In this document: positions 6,751 to 16,664 of the stretch, piece after piece
How positions within the stretch are numbered: the first letter of the stretch is position 1
Layout: each line of letters opens with the position of its first letter
Source of the DNA: a virus
Taxonomy: Duplodnaviria > Caudoviricetes
Virus record (IMG/VR): IMGVR_UViG_3300028326_000318
Location: 1-29,540 of that record
DNA: 29,540 nucleotides
Direction: 5' to 3' (one strand)
Position numbers and translations under genes: made by a program
Notes under the pieces: generated by a model
Databases searched by the model: none
What the model was told of the DNA's origin: nothing
Seen by the model: only the letters and a program-made list of their open reading frames with translations

Positions 6751-9094
6751 AATCGCCGTCTGCAACCGGAAGACCGATCGGAAGTTTAAGAACCAGGAGC
6801 AGACCTGGGACTACCTCGTAAACCGCAACCGCGCGCCCATCCGAACTTCCGAGACGGCCCAAGAGTACCCGAAGCTGCCAAAGGAACAGCGCGACGCGCT
6901 GAAGGATGTCGGCGGGTTCGTAGGCGGGTGGTTGAAAGATGGTGTCCGCAAGAACGGCAACATCATCTGCCGATCGGTCGGCGCGCTCGACGCCGACAGC
7001 ATCCAGGGGGATTTCGTTTCCTTGGTTCGGCGGGCGCTGGAGGGAGTAACGTACTTCATCTATTCCACCCACAGCCATACCGAGGAAGTGCCGCGCTGTC
7101 GCTTAATCATCCTGTTCGCGCGCGAGGTCAGCGAAGACGAGTACCCCGCGCTCACGCGGATGATCGCCAAGCAGATCGGCATGGAACACTTCGACGATTC
7201 CACCTACCAGGCGAACCGCATGATGTACTGGTCTTCCTGTCCCTCCAACGGCGTGTTCATCTTCGACGAGGGCGTCGGCGCGCCGCTCGATCCTGACAAG
7301 TACCTCGCGATGTACCATGACTGGCGGGACGTCACCCAGTGGCCGACGTCCAGCCGCGAATCTGAGGTGATGTTGCGCGGCGCCGCCCAGCAGAAGGACC
7401 CGCTGGCAAAAGAGGATCTCGTCGGAACGTTCTGCCGGGCGTACGATCCCATTGAGACCGCGATTGATGAGCATCTAGCGGAGGTGTACACGCCATCGGC
7501 TTGCGAAGGGCGATACGACTACACCTCGGCGGAAAGCAGCGCGGGCGTCGTGATCTACGAGGAGAAGTTCGCCTACTCCTTCCACGCTTCCGACCCAGCC
7601 TGCGGCAAGCTGCTTAACGCGTTTGACCTGATCCGCGTCCACCGCTTCGGTGATCTGGACGAGAAGGCCAGCTACAAGGCGATGTGCGAGTTCGCGCTGA
7701 CGCTGGACAAGGTGAAGCTCCAGCTTGCAGAGGAGCGCCAGGCCGCAGCGAGGGCGGAGTTCGGCGCGAAAGACTGGAAGACGCTCCTCAAGTATATGCC
7801 GCGATGCAGGCTACTGGAGAACAGCGTGTGGAATCTGATGCTGATCCTCAACAATGACCCCGACCTTGCCGGCTTTGGCTACAACGAGCTCGCCAACCGG
7901 GTACAGGTCACGGGCACCGTGCCCTGGGACAGGCCCGCCGACAACAAGTACTGGCGCGACGCGGACACGGCGCAGTTGAAAGCCCTCATCGACGTCCGCT
8001 ATTTATCCTTCTCCAGCCGGAACCACGATGTGTGCTTCACTAAGGCCGCCGACGATAGGCGCTTCCACCCGATCAGGGACTACCTTGACGCCTTGCAGCC
8101 TTGGGACGGCACCCCGCGCATCGAGACCCTCTTCGTGCGATGCCTGCAGGCCGACGACACCCCCTACGTCCGCGCCGTCAGTAGGAAGACGCTCGCCGCG
8201 GCTGTCGCCCGAATCTACCGTCCGGGCACCAAATTCGACAGCATCCTGGTGTTCGACGGGGCCCAAGGCATCGGTAAGAGCACCTTGTTCAAAGACCTCG
8301 TAGGCGAGGAGTTCTACTCGGAAACGCTGTCCCTCACAGATATGGACGACAAGTCCGGCGCGGAGAAGTTGCAGGGGTTTTGGGTGGTAGAGATCGGCGA
8401 ACTGGCTGGGATGAAGAAGGCTGACATCGAAAAGGTGAAGGCGTTCCTCTCCACATCGGACGACAAGTACCGCCCCAGCTACGGCAAGGTCGTGGAGAGC
8501 CATCCCCGCCAGTGCATCATCATCGCGACGGTGAACGGCGAGCGCGGCTACCTTCGCGACATCACGGGCAACCGCCGGTTCTGGGTCGTGAAGGCGCGTC
8601 AGGAGGAGCAGCAGAAGAAATGGCACTTCGCGCCCGGAGAGCGCGACCAGATCTGGGCGGAGGCAAAAGCGCTCTACGAGAGCGGCGAGAAGCTGTACCT
8701 GGAGGGAGATATGATCTCTGCGGCCGAAGAGGCGCAGCGTGAGGCGATGGAGGTCGATGAGCGCCAGGGCATGGTGGAAGAGTACCTTGAGACCCTGCTG
8801 CCGGAGGGCTGGGACGCCATGGACATCTATAGCCGCCGGAATTTCATCACGGAGCGGGACAGCCCGGTATCCGCCAAAGGCAGCATCCGCCGCGACGCCG
8901 TCAGCAATGCCGAAATCTGGTGTGAGTGCTTTGGACGACAGCTTTCAGAGCTCAAGCCCGTCGACAGTTACGCGATAGCGGCCCTGATGACGCAGGTCAA
9001 CGGCTGGGAGCGGTCCAAACTGTTCATGCGTTTACCCTTCTACGGGAAGCAGCGCATCTACAGACGAACTTGTTCCAACCCAAAACCCTTGTAA
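6734..9094 (+). CDS. VapE-family primase-helicase (N-terminal primase-like region plus P-loop ATPase), 786 aa
   Basis: GAGGA SD before ATG 6734; GGFVGG, LDAD, STHSH N-terminal motifs; Walker A GAQGIGKS; EIGEL; DITGNRRFW. Confidence 0.9.
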   Translation: MDYPVKIAVCNRKTDRKFKNQEQTWDYLVNRNRAPIRTSETAQEYPKLPKEQRDALKDVGGFVGGWLKDGVRKNGNIICRSVGALDADSIQGDFVSLVRRALEGVTYFIYSTHSHTEEVPRCRLIILFAREVSEDEYPALTRMIAKQIGMEHFDDSTYQANRMMYWSSCPSNGVFIFDEGVGAPLDPDKYLAMYHDWRDVTQWPTSSRESEVMLRGAAQQKDPLAKEDLVGTFCRAYDPIETAIDEHLAEVYTPSACEGRYDYTSAESSAGVVIYEEKFAYSFHASDPACGKLLNAFDLIRVHRFGDLDEKASYKAMCEFALTLDKVKLQLAEERQAAARAEFGAKDWKTLLKYMPRCRLLENSVWNLMLILNNDPDLAGFGYNELANRVQVTGTVPWDRPADNKYWRDADTAQLKALIDVRYLSFSSRNHDVCFTKAADDRRFHPIRDYLDALQPWDGTPRIETLFVRCLQADDTPYVRAVSRKTLAAAVARIYRPGTKFDSILVFDGAQGIGKSTLFKDLVGEEFYSETLSLTDMDDKSGAEKLQGFWVVEIGELAGMKKADIEKVKAFLSTSDDKYRPSYGKVVESHPRQCIIIATVNGERGYLRDITGNRRFWVVKARQEEQQKKWHFAPGERDQIWAEAKALYESGEKLYLEGDMISAAEEAQREAMEVDERQGMVEEYLETLLPEGWDAMDIYSRRNFITERDSPVSAKGSIRRDAVSNAEIWCECFGRQLSELKPVDSYAIAALMTQVNGWERSKLFMRLPFYGKQRIYRRTCSNPKPL

Positions 9095-9229
9095 CACAAG
9101 GAGAGGCACAAGTGGAACAATTCTACTCCTTATATTCAAAATGGATTAGGGGAAACAAGGAACAACATTACGAGCACACCCGCGCGTAAGGAATATAAGG
9201 ACGGAATTGTTCCACTGTTCCACTTGTTC
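9087..9229. repeat. AT-richer inverted/direct repeat cluster, candidate replication origin
   Basis: agtggaacaattc(9111-9123)/gaattgttccact(9204-9216); ccttatattc(9128-9137)/gaatataagg(9191-9200); ccttgt-aac-acaagg; iterated TGTTCC. Confidence 0.65.
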
Positions 9230-9247
9230 TCGATTCAGGAGGTAAAA

Positions 9248-9763
9248 ATGGAGAGATCAATTTCCGAAGCCTATATCAGAAGGTGCCACAAACGGCTCAT
9301 TGAGCTAGGCGCGCCTTTAGAGGATTGGTTCTGCGAAAATGTCTATGACGAGGAAGATGCGTCATTCACCTGTGAACTGTGCGACTGCGTTAAGGTTCGG
9401 TATGTGCATGTCATGCGTAATCTACGATACCTGGGCACAGTCTCCGTCGGCTGCATCTGCGCGGGCATCATGGAAGGCGACATTCTGGCCGCGCAGGAGC
9501 GTGAGCGTGATGCGCGAAACCGCGCCCAACGCAGGAAGAACTTCGTGAATAAAGGCTGGACACCTTTGAAAAACGGAGTTCTGGTCCGTTCCTATCACGG
9601 GACGGTCTGCAAGATCATGGTGAGCAAATACAACAAGCAGCAGTATGGTGTGCTGTATCAGGGCCGGTGGTGCTGGAACTATCACCAAAAGCCGATAACC
9701 AGTTTCGCCCAAGCGGCCACAGCAGCCTTCTACGCTTACGAAAAGGAGCATGCCAATGCGTGA
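9248..9763 (+). CDS. Hypothetical Cys/His-rich (probably Zn-binding) protein, 171 aa
   Basis: AGGAGGT SD before ATG 9248; CELC...H...GCIC. Confidence 0.75.
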   Translation: MERSISEAYIRRCHKRLIELGAPLEDWFCENVYDEEDASFTCELCDCVKVRYVHVMRNLRYLGTVSVGCICAGIMEGDILAAQERERDARNRAQRRKNFVNKGWTPLKNGVLVRSYHGTVCKIMVSKYNKQQYGVLYQGRWCWNYHQKPITSFAQAATAAFYAYEKEHANA

Positions 9764-10040
9764 GAAGCTCAATGAGCAAAACCTGGTACAGGCCGTCCGT
9801 CGGATGGGCGGCCTCGCGCCCAAGTTCACCTCCCCCGGATGGGCAGGCGCGCCCGACCGCCTTGTCCTGCTCCCGGGTGGGCGCCTGGCGTTCGTGGAAG
9901 TGAAAGCGCCGGGGAAGACCCTGCGCCCGCTGCAGGTAAGGCGGAAAGGGCAGCTGGAGGCGCTAGGGTTTCAGGTGTACGTGATCGACCGACCGGATCA
10001 AATTCCAGAGATTCTGCACGAAGGGGGTGATGCCCAATGA
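9756..10040 (+). CDS. VRR-NUC domain nuclease
   Basis: SPGWAGAPDRL...FVEVKAPG..LRPLQ; alternative ATG at 9750. Confidence 0.9.
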   Translation: MREKLNEQNLVQAVRRMGGLAPKFTSPGWAGAPDRLVLLPGGRLAFVEVKAPGKTLRPLQVRRKGQLEALGFQVYVIDRPDQIPEILHEGGDAQ

Positions 10041-10132
10041 AGTTCATACCGCACGAGTACCAGAAGTTCGTGACCGAGTACATCGAACGCCATGAGGTGG
10101 CCGCCGTACTCCTAGATATGGGCTTGGGTTGA
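10037..10132 (+). CDS. N-terminal 31-aa segment of the SNF2 helicase (MKFIPHEYQKFVTEYIERHEVAAVLLDMGLG*)
   Basis: SD plus ATGA overlap with the VRR-NUC stop; Q-motif PHEYQ and first half of Walker A (DMGLG), then TGA. Confidence 0.8.
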   Translation: MKFIPHEYQKFVTEYIERHEVAAVLLDMGLG

Positions 10133-11397
10133 GCAAAACCGTGATTACCCTGACCGCCATTTTCGACCTGTGCCTGGACAGCTTCGAGGTGCGCAAGGTA
10201 CTGATCGTCGCCCCGTTGCGGGTTGCGCGGGATACCTGGCCATCGGAGATTCAGAAGTGGGACCACCTGCGGGGGCTGACCTACTCGGTAGCGGTGGGCA
10301 CGGAGCCCGAGCGGAAGATCGCGCTGCGGCAGCGGGCCAGCGTGTACATCATCAACCGTGAGAACGTCCAGTGGCTGATCCAAGGCAGCGGGCTTCCGTT
10401 TGACTACGACATGGTCGTGATTGACGAGTTGTCCTCCTTCAAGTCCCACCAGGCCAAGCGATTCCGGAGCCTGATGAAAGCGCGCCCCCATGTCAAGCGG
10501 ATCGTGGGCCTGACGGGCACCCCCTCCAGCAACGGCCTAATGGACCTGTGGGCGGAATTCCGGCTGCTGGACATGGGCAAGCGCCTGGGCCGGTTCATCA
10601 CCCACTACAGGGACGAGTTCTTCACCCCCGACAAGCGGAACCAGCAGATGGTGTTCAGCTACAAGCCCAGGCCCGGCGCTGAGGACGAGATCTACCGCCG
10701 GATCGCGGACATCACCATCAGCATGAAGAGCGCCGACTACCTGAAGATGCCGGAGTGCGTGATGAACGAGGTGCCGGTGACGCTCTCCGATGTGGAGCAC
10801 AGCGCCTACGACACACTTCGCAGGGAACTGGTCCTGTCCCTGAAGGGTGAGGAGATCGACGCCGTGAACGCGGCCGCCCTCTCCGGCAAGCTCTGCCAGA
10901 TGGCCAACGGCGCGGTGTACGGCGAAGAAAAGCGCGTCGTCCACATCCATGACCGGAAGCTGGACGCGCTGGAGGACCTGATCGAAGCCGCGAACGGTAA
11001 GCCCGTGCTGGTGGCCTACTGGTTCAAGCACGATCTGGCCCGTATCAAGGAGCGCTTCCATGCGCGGGAGATCAGGACGAGCAAGGACATCCGCGACTGG
11101 AATGCCGGCACAATGCCGGTCGGCCTGATCCACCCCGCATCTGCCGGGCACGGTTTGAATTTGCAGGCAGGCGGATCAACGCTGGTGTGGTTCGGGCTGA
11201 CCTGGAGCCTTGAGCTCTACCAGCAGACCAACGCCCGGCTCTGGCGCCAGGGGCAGCGGGCAGAGACCGTGGTCATCCACCACGTCATCACGAAGGGCAC
11301 AATCGACGAGCAGATCGTCGCCGCCCTGAAACAAAAGGATAAGACCCAAGCCGCGCTGATTGATGCGGTGAAGGCGAGTTTGGAGGGATACCAATGA
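10129..11397 (+). CDS. SNF2-family helicase, main segment (begins at the KT of Walker A)
   Basis: DELS (motif II), LTGTP, GHGLNLQ, QTNARLWRQGQ; TTG start overlaps the TGA of the upstream segment. Confidence 0.88.
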   Translation: MSKTVITLTAIFDLCLDSFEVRKVLIVAPLRVARDTWPSEIQKWDHLRGLTYSVAVGTEPERKIALRQRASVYIINRENVQWLIQGSGLPFDYDMVVIDELSSFKSHQAKRFRSLMKARPHVKRIVGLTGTPSSNGLMDLWAEFRLLDMGKRLGRFITHYRDEFFTPDKRNQQMVFSYKPRPGAEDEIYRRIADITISMKSADYLKMPECVMNEVPVTLSDVEHSAYDTLRRELVLSLKGEEIDAVNAAALSGKLCQMANGAVYGEEKRVVHIHDRKLDALEDLIEAANGKPVLVAYWFKHDLARIKERFHAREIRTSKDIRDWNAGTMPVGLIHPASAGHGLNLQAGGSTLVWFGLTWSLELYQQTNARLWRQGQRAETVVIHHVITKGTIDEQIVAALKQKDKTQAALIDAVKASLEGYQ

Positions 11398-11618
11398 ATG
11401 ACGACAACTGGCAGGGCCTCGCAGACGCCATCGTCGTGCAGGCAACCCGGGACTACAGAACCGCGCTTCAGGGCCTGCGCAAGAATCCGGAAAGCACCGG
11501 GAAGCTCCGTGAGCTGGAAGATTTCTTTCGTTCAGGCTGGTTCCAGACGTTATGCGACCTGGACGGCGTACGGCTGATGTGGATGCTGAAAAACGAAGTT
11601 AGGGGGAAGCACATATGA
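11394..11618 (+). CDS. Small conserved phage hypothetical protein, 74 aa
   Basis: ATGA coupling on both sides; LADAIVVQATRDYR...FFRSGWF. Confidence 0.75.
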   Translation: MNDDNWQGLADAIVVQATRDYRTALQGLRKNPESTGKLRELEDFFRSGWFQTLCDLDGVRLMWMLKNEVRGKHI

Positions 11619-12058
11619 CGGCCAAGGAGTATCTCTCCCAGGCATACCGACTCGACCAGCGCGTCAACAGCAAGCTCGAGCAGGTGGAGTCCCTGCGTGC
11701 GCTCGCGCAGAAAGTCACAACCTCGTATGAAAGCGAGCCGGTCTCGCGCTCACGGTGCGTCACTTCGTTGGAGGACACCATCACCCGCATGATAGAGGCT
11801 GAGGCGGATCTGAACCAAACAGTAGACGCGCTGGTTGACGTGAAGATGGAGATGGCCAGGTACATCGATCAGGTTGAAAACTACGACGATCAGTTGGTGC
11901 TCGAAAAGCGCTACCTGTGCTTCAAGACCTGGGAGCAGATCGCTGACGACATGAACTTCAGCCGCCGTTGGGTGCAAATCGTCCACACACGCGCCCTGGA
12001 TGCCATGGATGGTATTCTACGGGAAAGGAGTGAAATCCTCCAAAAGTCAGCACAGTAG
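11615..12058 (+). CDS. DUF1492/RinA/ArpU-like late transcription activator
   Basis: MTAKEYLSQAYRLD start; LEKRYLCFKTWEQIADDMNFSRRWVQIVHTRAL HTH; position at the end of the replication module. Confidence 0.85.
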   Translation: MTAKEYLSQAYRLDQRVNSKLEQVESLRALAQKVTTSYESEPVSRSRCVTSLEDTITRMIEAEADLNQTVDALVDVKMEMARYIDQVENYDDQLVLEKRYLCFKTWEQIADDMNFSRRWVQIVHTRALDAMDGILRERSEILQKSAQ

Positions 12059-12073
12059 TGCACATTACTTCGC

Positions 12074-12101
12074 TTGTGTTTCCGCCCAAAAGTGGTATAA
12101 T
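12074..12101 (+). promoter_or_regulatory. Sigma-A-type promoter (TTGTGT-16-TATAAT with extended TG) at the usual late-promoter position
   Basis: TGgTATAAT at 12093-12101, just downstream of the activator gene. Confidence 0.65.
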
Positions 12102-12124
12102 AGGGTTAGTGAAAATGGGTTCCG

Positions 12125-12163
12125 GGGCGTCCGCAGAGCAATCTGTGGGCGCTCTCTTTCTTT
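12125..12163 (+). terminator. Terminator-like hairpin in the metK leader
   Basis: gggcgtccgcaga-GCAA-tctgtgggcgctc then tctttcttt, abutting the SD GAGGAGG. Confidence 0.6.
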
Positions 12164-12178
12164 GAGGAGGTCGTCCCC

Positions 12179-13225
<1,047 letters not shown>

Positions 13226-13307
13226 AACCCGAATAACCTATGATTCGCTTGACTTTCATCTCCTTCTGAGTGAGTAATGTCATACCCAATCCGAAGGAGG
13301 TTTTGAC

Positions 13308-14243
13308 ATGACAATTGAAACCCACACCACCGACCGCAAAGCGCTGGCGCACAGGATTTCGGAACTTCTCCAAGTGGACGTAGCCTACGCCGGCGTCCCA
13401 TCCTGCGCCTACAACGTCGGGCCGGTGACGATCGACCGCGGCGGCGCCATCCACATCGACGATCCGGAAGCGCAGGGGTCCCTGACGCCCTTTCTCATCG
13501 AGCAGGGCTGGATGGCGCCAGAAAGTGAAACGGTGCCGGTTGCGGAACTGGATGCTGCCCTGGTTGCGGAACTGGATGCTGCCCTGGTTGCGGAACTGGA
13601 TGCTGCCCTGGTTGCGGAATCTGTCGCGGACCTGGACGCCGATTTGAAAGCCCCACCCGCCATTGAGCACATGGACATCAGCGTCCCTGCGGAGGGGCTG
13701 ACGGTCGACAACCTGAAGAACCTGGTTTTCATGCTTTACAGCGAGCAGTACCTGCTGAACCGGGCGGTGGGCACGGAGGTGCTCTCCATCTCCGACGGCT
13801 TGATCGCCTGGCTGAAGGAATACACCCCTGAGACGCCGGACGACTTCTCCGCCCTGTTGGCTGATTTCAAAGCCCTGGGTGAACTGGACGGCTTTGACGT
13901 CCAAAACGGACAGGTCACGCTGACGTTCCCCTTCGAGGAACAGAAGCCGGAGAACTGGTCGGCGTACGGGTTCCTGCTTGGACATATCGTCAAAGCGGCG
14001 CAGGCTGCCGAGCGCGTCTTCCCTAAGCGCTGCCAGCCGGAGAACGAGAAGTATTTCATGCGCAGCTGGCTCCTGCGGCTGGGGCTGGGCGGTCCGGAAT
14101 TCAAGCCGCTACGGGCGCTGCTGCTACGAAACCTGAAAGGCCACACCGCCTTCCCTGACGATGCCGCTGCCAAGAAGCACAAGACCCGGTACGCGGAAAA
14201 GCGCAAAAACGCCAAAGCGGCGAAGGAGGCGACCTCCGAATGA
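13308..14243 (+). CDS. Phage 'virulence-related' protein with an amidoligase-like C-terminal domain, 311 aa
   Basis: AAGGAGG SD; YAGVPSCAY N-terminal motif; ENEKYFMRSWLLRLG...GHTAF C-terminus. Confidence 0.75.
   Translation: MTIETHTTDRKALAHRISELLQVDVAYAGVPSCAYNVGPVTIDRGGAIHIDDPEAQGSLTPFLIEQGWMAPESETVPVAELDAALVAELDAALVAELDAALVAESVADLDADLKAPPAIEHMDISVPAEGLTVDNLKNLVFMLYSEQYLLNRAVGTEVLSISDGLIAWLKEYTPETPDDFSALLADFKALGELDGFDVQNGQVTLTFPFEEQKPENWSAYGFLLGHIVKAAQAAERVFPKRCQPENEKYFMRSWLLRLGLGGPEFKPLRALLLRNLKGHTAFPDDAAAKKHKTRYAEKRKNAKAAKEATSE
13538..13619 (+). repeat. Perfect 24-bp in-frame tandem repeat x3.4 (VAELDAAL)
   Basis: ggttgcggaactggatgctgccct at 13538, 13562 and 13586, partial copy at 13610. 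Confidence 0.95.
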
Positions 14244-14761
14244 CCGAGACCATGAAGCAAATGCTGCTTGATTTGAAAACCCGGCAGCATGCAGGTGAGC
14301 ACATGCCCTGCCCGCGGTGCGGGAGCGATGTGATGAACACCCATGTGACGCGCAACGCCCTCAGCCGCCACGCGGACATTTTCGTGTGTGACGACTGCGG
14401 CGTATCGGAGGCGATGCTGGACTTCATGAAGAATCCACTGCCGTTGCACCAATGGTCCTTCTTCCAGGAGGGCCGGCCGATCTCCAATTTCAAGTCGATG
14501 CCGGGCCCCCTGGTATGGGCGCGGCTCCAAAAACAGCAGGTTCCATACCTGATCGACCTGTACAAGCGGTGGCTGGACGTGGAGGGGAAAGAAGACTTCG
14601 AAGCGTACCGTGCGGAGGCATACCTACACTGCCCGGGACTGACGCACTTGTGGCTACAGCCCTTCCAGGCGGTCTACAATGTATTCGAAGGCCAGCTACT
14701 GCTCCGGTTCAGAAAGACGGGCGACGATGTTGAGATCGCCCACGACCTGATCCATCTCTGA
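14240..14761 (+). CDS. Hypothetical Zn-finger protein, 173 aa
   Basis: ATGA coupling; CPRCG...NALSR...CDDCG.SEA. Confidence 0.8.
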   Translation: MTETMKQMLLDLKTRQHAGEHMPCPRCGSDVMNTHVTRNALSRHADIFVCDDCGVSEAMLDFMKNPLPLHQWSFFQEGRPISNFKSMPGPLVWARLQKQQVPYLIDLYKRWLDVEGKEDFEAYRAEAYLHCPGLTHLWLQPFQAVYNVFEGQLLLRFRKTGDDVEIAHDLIHL

Positions 14762-14894
14762 CGATCGCCCAACGTCGCCGCACAGACGCCCCTGTCGCGG
14801 GCCGGTCGCGCTGGAGCCGGGTCGTTCCCCTACCCCACGATCTGCGCGCACTTGGCGCGACTGGCGCAAGATTTCAAAGCTCCATAAACGACAG

Positions 14895-14922
14895 AAACCG
14901 CCCTCACTTGAGAGCGGCTTTT
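14895..14922 (-). terminator. Terminator between convergent operons (possibly bidirectional)
   Basis: Minus strand gccgctctc-aagt-gagggcggt then ttct; T-run on the plus side as well. Confidence 0.65.
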
Positions 14923-14947
14923 GTTGTGTCTAACGCAACCGGGTGCA

Positions 14948-15385
14948 TCAGGCCTTGCGTCCTAGGCTTCGCAGCAGCGCGGGCTCCAGGGCCTTCTCTA
15001 TTTCGGAGCGAAACCCCAGCGCGAGGTAGGCGCGGCGAATGCCCTCGAAGTAGTCCCGGGTCGGCGGCGCGACGCGCTTGTGGTTCATCAGGTAAATCAT
15101 GCCCTTGATTTCGGAGCCGTCTGTCATGCGCACAGTGCGCTCCGCCTTGATGTAGTAGCTGGGGTAGCCCTCGTAGCGGTCGAGCATGGCCTCATCGGCC
15201 TCGCTGATCTCCCAGACAGCCACCGGTACCTTGGCGTCCTTTGAGCGGGCCTGCTCCACGGTAGCGTGTAGATAGAACTCCAGCTGGGCGGCGGGCAGGT
15301 AGCCCATCCCGATGAGCCGGGCGCCCGGGCAACGGTACGCCATCTGTTCCTGGACCATGTTAGAGCCGTATGCGATGTATTTCAA
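14948..15385 (-). CDS. Gamma-glutamylcyclotransferase (AIG2-like)
   Basis: YIAYGSNM...RCP, LDRYEGYP..Y motifs; AGGAGG SD, TTG start. Confidence 0.92.
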   Translation of the reverse strand: MKYIAYGSNMVQEQMAYRCPGARLIGMGYLPAAQLEFYLHATVEQARSKDAKVPVAVWEISEADEAMLDRYEGYPSYYIKAERTVRMTDGSEIKGMIYLMNHKRVAPPTRDYFEGIRRAYLALGFRSEIEKALEPALLRSLGRKA

Positions 15386-15458
15386 GATCGAATCCTCCTA
15401 AATGTGAAAGCTGGTGTGAAGGCGCACTTGGTAGTGTAATCCAGTCGGAAATGCAAGG

Positions 15459-15812
15459 TCAAGTGCCTTCATCGCCGGAAACAGCGCGGCTTGATTTCGA
15501 AGCGCCGGTGATCAGCGCCAGGTCTGCGATCTTTAGGTTGGCGTACTGCCGGGCGGCTTGGGCAGTGCGCATGGCGTGGGCATGTGCATACATCAAGTCG
15601 GATTTCAACTTGGCCTGTTCGGCGTCGATGGCCAGCGCGGCATCCTCCGCTGCTTGGGCCGTAGCTAGTGTGGCATCCACAGCCGCCCGGGCTGCCGCGA
15701 TCGTAGCCCGGAACGGTGTCTTATCAACGGAAGTCATCGCCTTGCTTAGTGTGTACGCGGCCTCGGACGCTGCATGGACAGCGCTCAATGCGGCCTGTCT
15801 TTCGTGTTCCAT
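15459..15812 (-). CDS. Ala-rich helical hypothetical protein, 117 aa
   Basis: GAGGAGG SD; co-oriented within the operon. Confidence 0.65.
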   Translation of the reverse strand: MEHERQAALSAVHAASEAAYTLSKAMTSVDKTPFRATIAAARAAVDATLATAQAAEDAALAIDAEQAKLKSDLMYAHAHAMRTAQAARQYANLKIADLALITGASKSSRAVSGDEGT

Positions 15813-15852
15813 AGGGGAAACCTCCTCGAAGTAGATTTGGGAACAGTTTCGG

Positions 15853-16038
15853 TCAGCCGCATCGGGCGCAGGCGATGATCACCGAGATCATCCGGAGCGG
15901 ATGCTTGAGCGTCAGCCGGATCGCGGCCTTGCGCGCCTTCTCGTGCAGCCCCGCGCGCTGCAGCGCCCAGTAGCGCTCGGGATCCTCGGCGTGATCGAAG
16001 ATGTTCCAGCAGGTGGTCCTGTCAAAGATGTGCTTCAT
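15853..16038 (-). CDS. Hypothetical protein, 61 aa
   Basis: GGAGG SD before ATG. Confidence 0.65.
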   Translation of the reverse strand: MKHIFDRTTCWNIFDHAEDPERYWALQRAGLHEKARKAAIRLTLKHPLRMISVIIACARCG

Positions 16039-16062
16039 GGCTTGTTCCTCCGCTTCTTGATT

Positions 16063-16311
16063 TCAAACCCTGACGGCGATGTACAGTGGCTCTCCCGTCG
16101 TGATGACGCGGACCTCGTACCGGTCGCATTCACAGATGATCCGTGTGTGGGTGCTGCCGAATCGGACGCTCATGCCGGCCAGCGCGCGCTTGATCGCCCG
16201 CCGGACATCATAAGCGCTGGTGCGGATCCGCCCGCAGTACTGCGTGCTGTTCCAGGTCCAGCGCCCGTCCTCTGACTGACTGGCGCTGACGCGATGGATC
16301 TCAAGGACCAT
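16063..16311 (-). CDS. Hypothetical protein, 82 aa (MVLEIHRVSASQSEDGRWTWN...)
   Basis: GGGAGG SD before ATG 16311; the longer ORF-track start overlaps the upstream gene. Confidence 0.7.
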   Translation of the reverse strand: MVLEIHRVSASQSEDGRWTWNSTQYCGRIRTSAYDVRRAIKRALAGMSVRFGSTHTRIICECDRYEVRVITTGEPLYIAVRV

Positions 16312-16349
16312 GTGCGTTCCTCCCGGACTAGATTTGTAAGCTGCTGGGC

Positions 16350-16562
16350 CTACCTGCTCCGAATGATGGTCAGCTGGTACTCGGTGCCGTCCGGCAGGCT
16401 GATGACCAGGCCCTTGTCGCGGGTCATCACGCCGTCCTCGGCAAAGGTCTGCACGCGCAGGTTCTCCCAGCACAGGTCCTCCGCTGTGCGGTAGTCGCCG
16501 TCCTGGGCGATCAATTCCCGCAGGCCATCCTGCAATAATTCGTCGAAGTCGTATTCGCTCAT
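16350..16562 (-). CDS. Hypothetical protein, 70 aa (MSEYDFDELLQ...TFAEDGVMTRDKGLVISLPDGTEYQLTIIRSR)
   Basis: GAGGAGG SD; acidic N-terminus and beta-rich C-terminus. Confidence 0.75.
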   Translation of the reverse strand: MSEYDFDELLQDGLRELIAQDGDYRTAEDLCWENLRVQTFAEDGVMTRDKGLVISLPDGTEYQLTIIRSR

Positions 16563-16664
16563 GGTCGTGTTCCTCCTCAACTTGATTTGGTAGAGTTGCG
16601 GCTTTCCGCGGTCAGCTTGCTATTTCGGGCCGTTGCCAGCAGCCCATCGTCAGGCGGACTTGAT

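Noticed and set aside
6734-9094. VapE as a virulence factor
   Set aside because: The name is historical; motifs and context indicate a phage primase-helicase
10130-10132. Selenocysteine or simple stop read-through at the helicase TGA
   Set aside because: The downstream helicase sequence is in a different frame, so in-frame read-through cannot restore it
12102-12178. Known SAM riboswitch upstream of metK
   Set aside because: The leader is short and holds a single hairpin; no SAM-I or SMK-box core recognised by eye (an Rfam scan would settle it)
13249-13280. Sigma-A promoter TTGACT...TAATGT before the 311-aa gene
   Set aside because: Good -35 but a 20-nt spacer to the best -10; not supportable as a standard promoter
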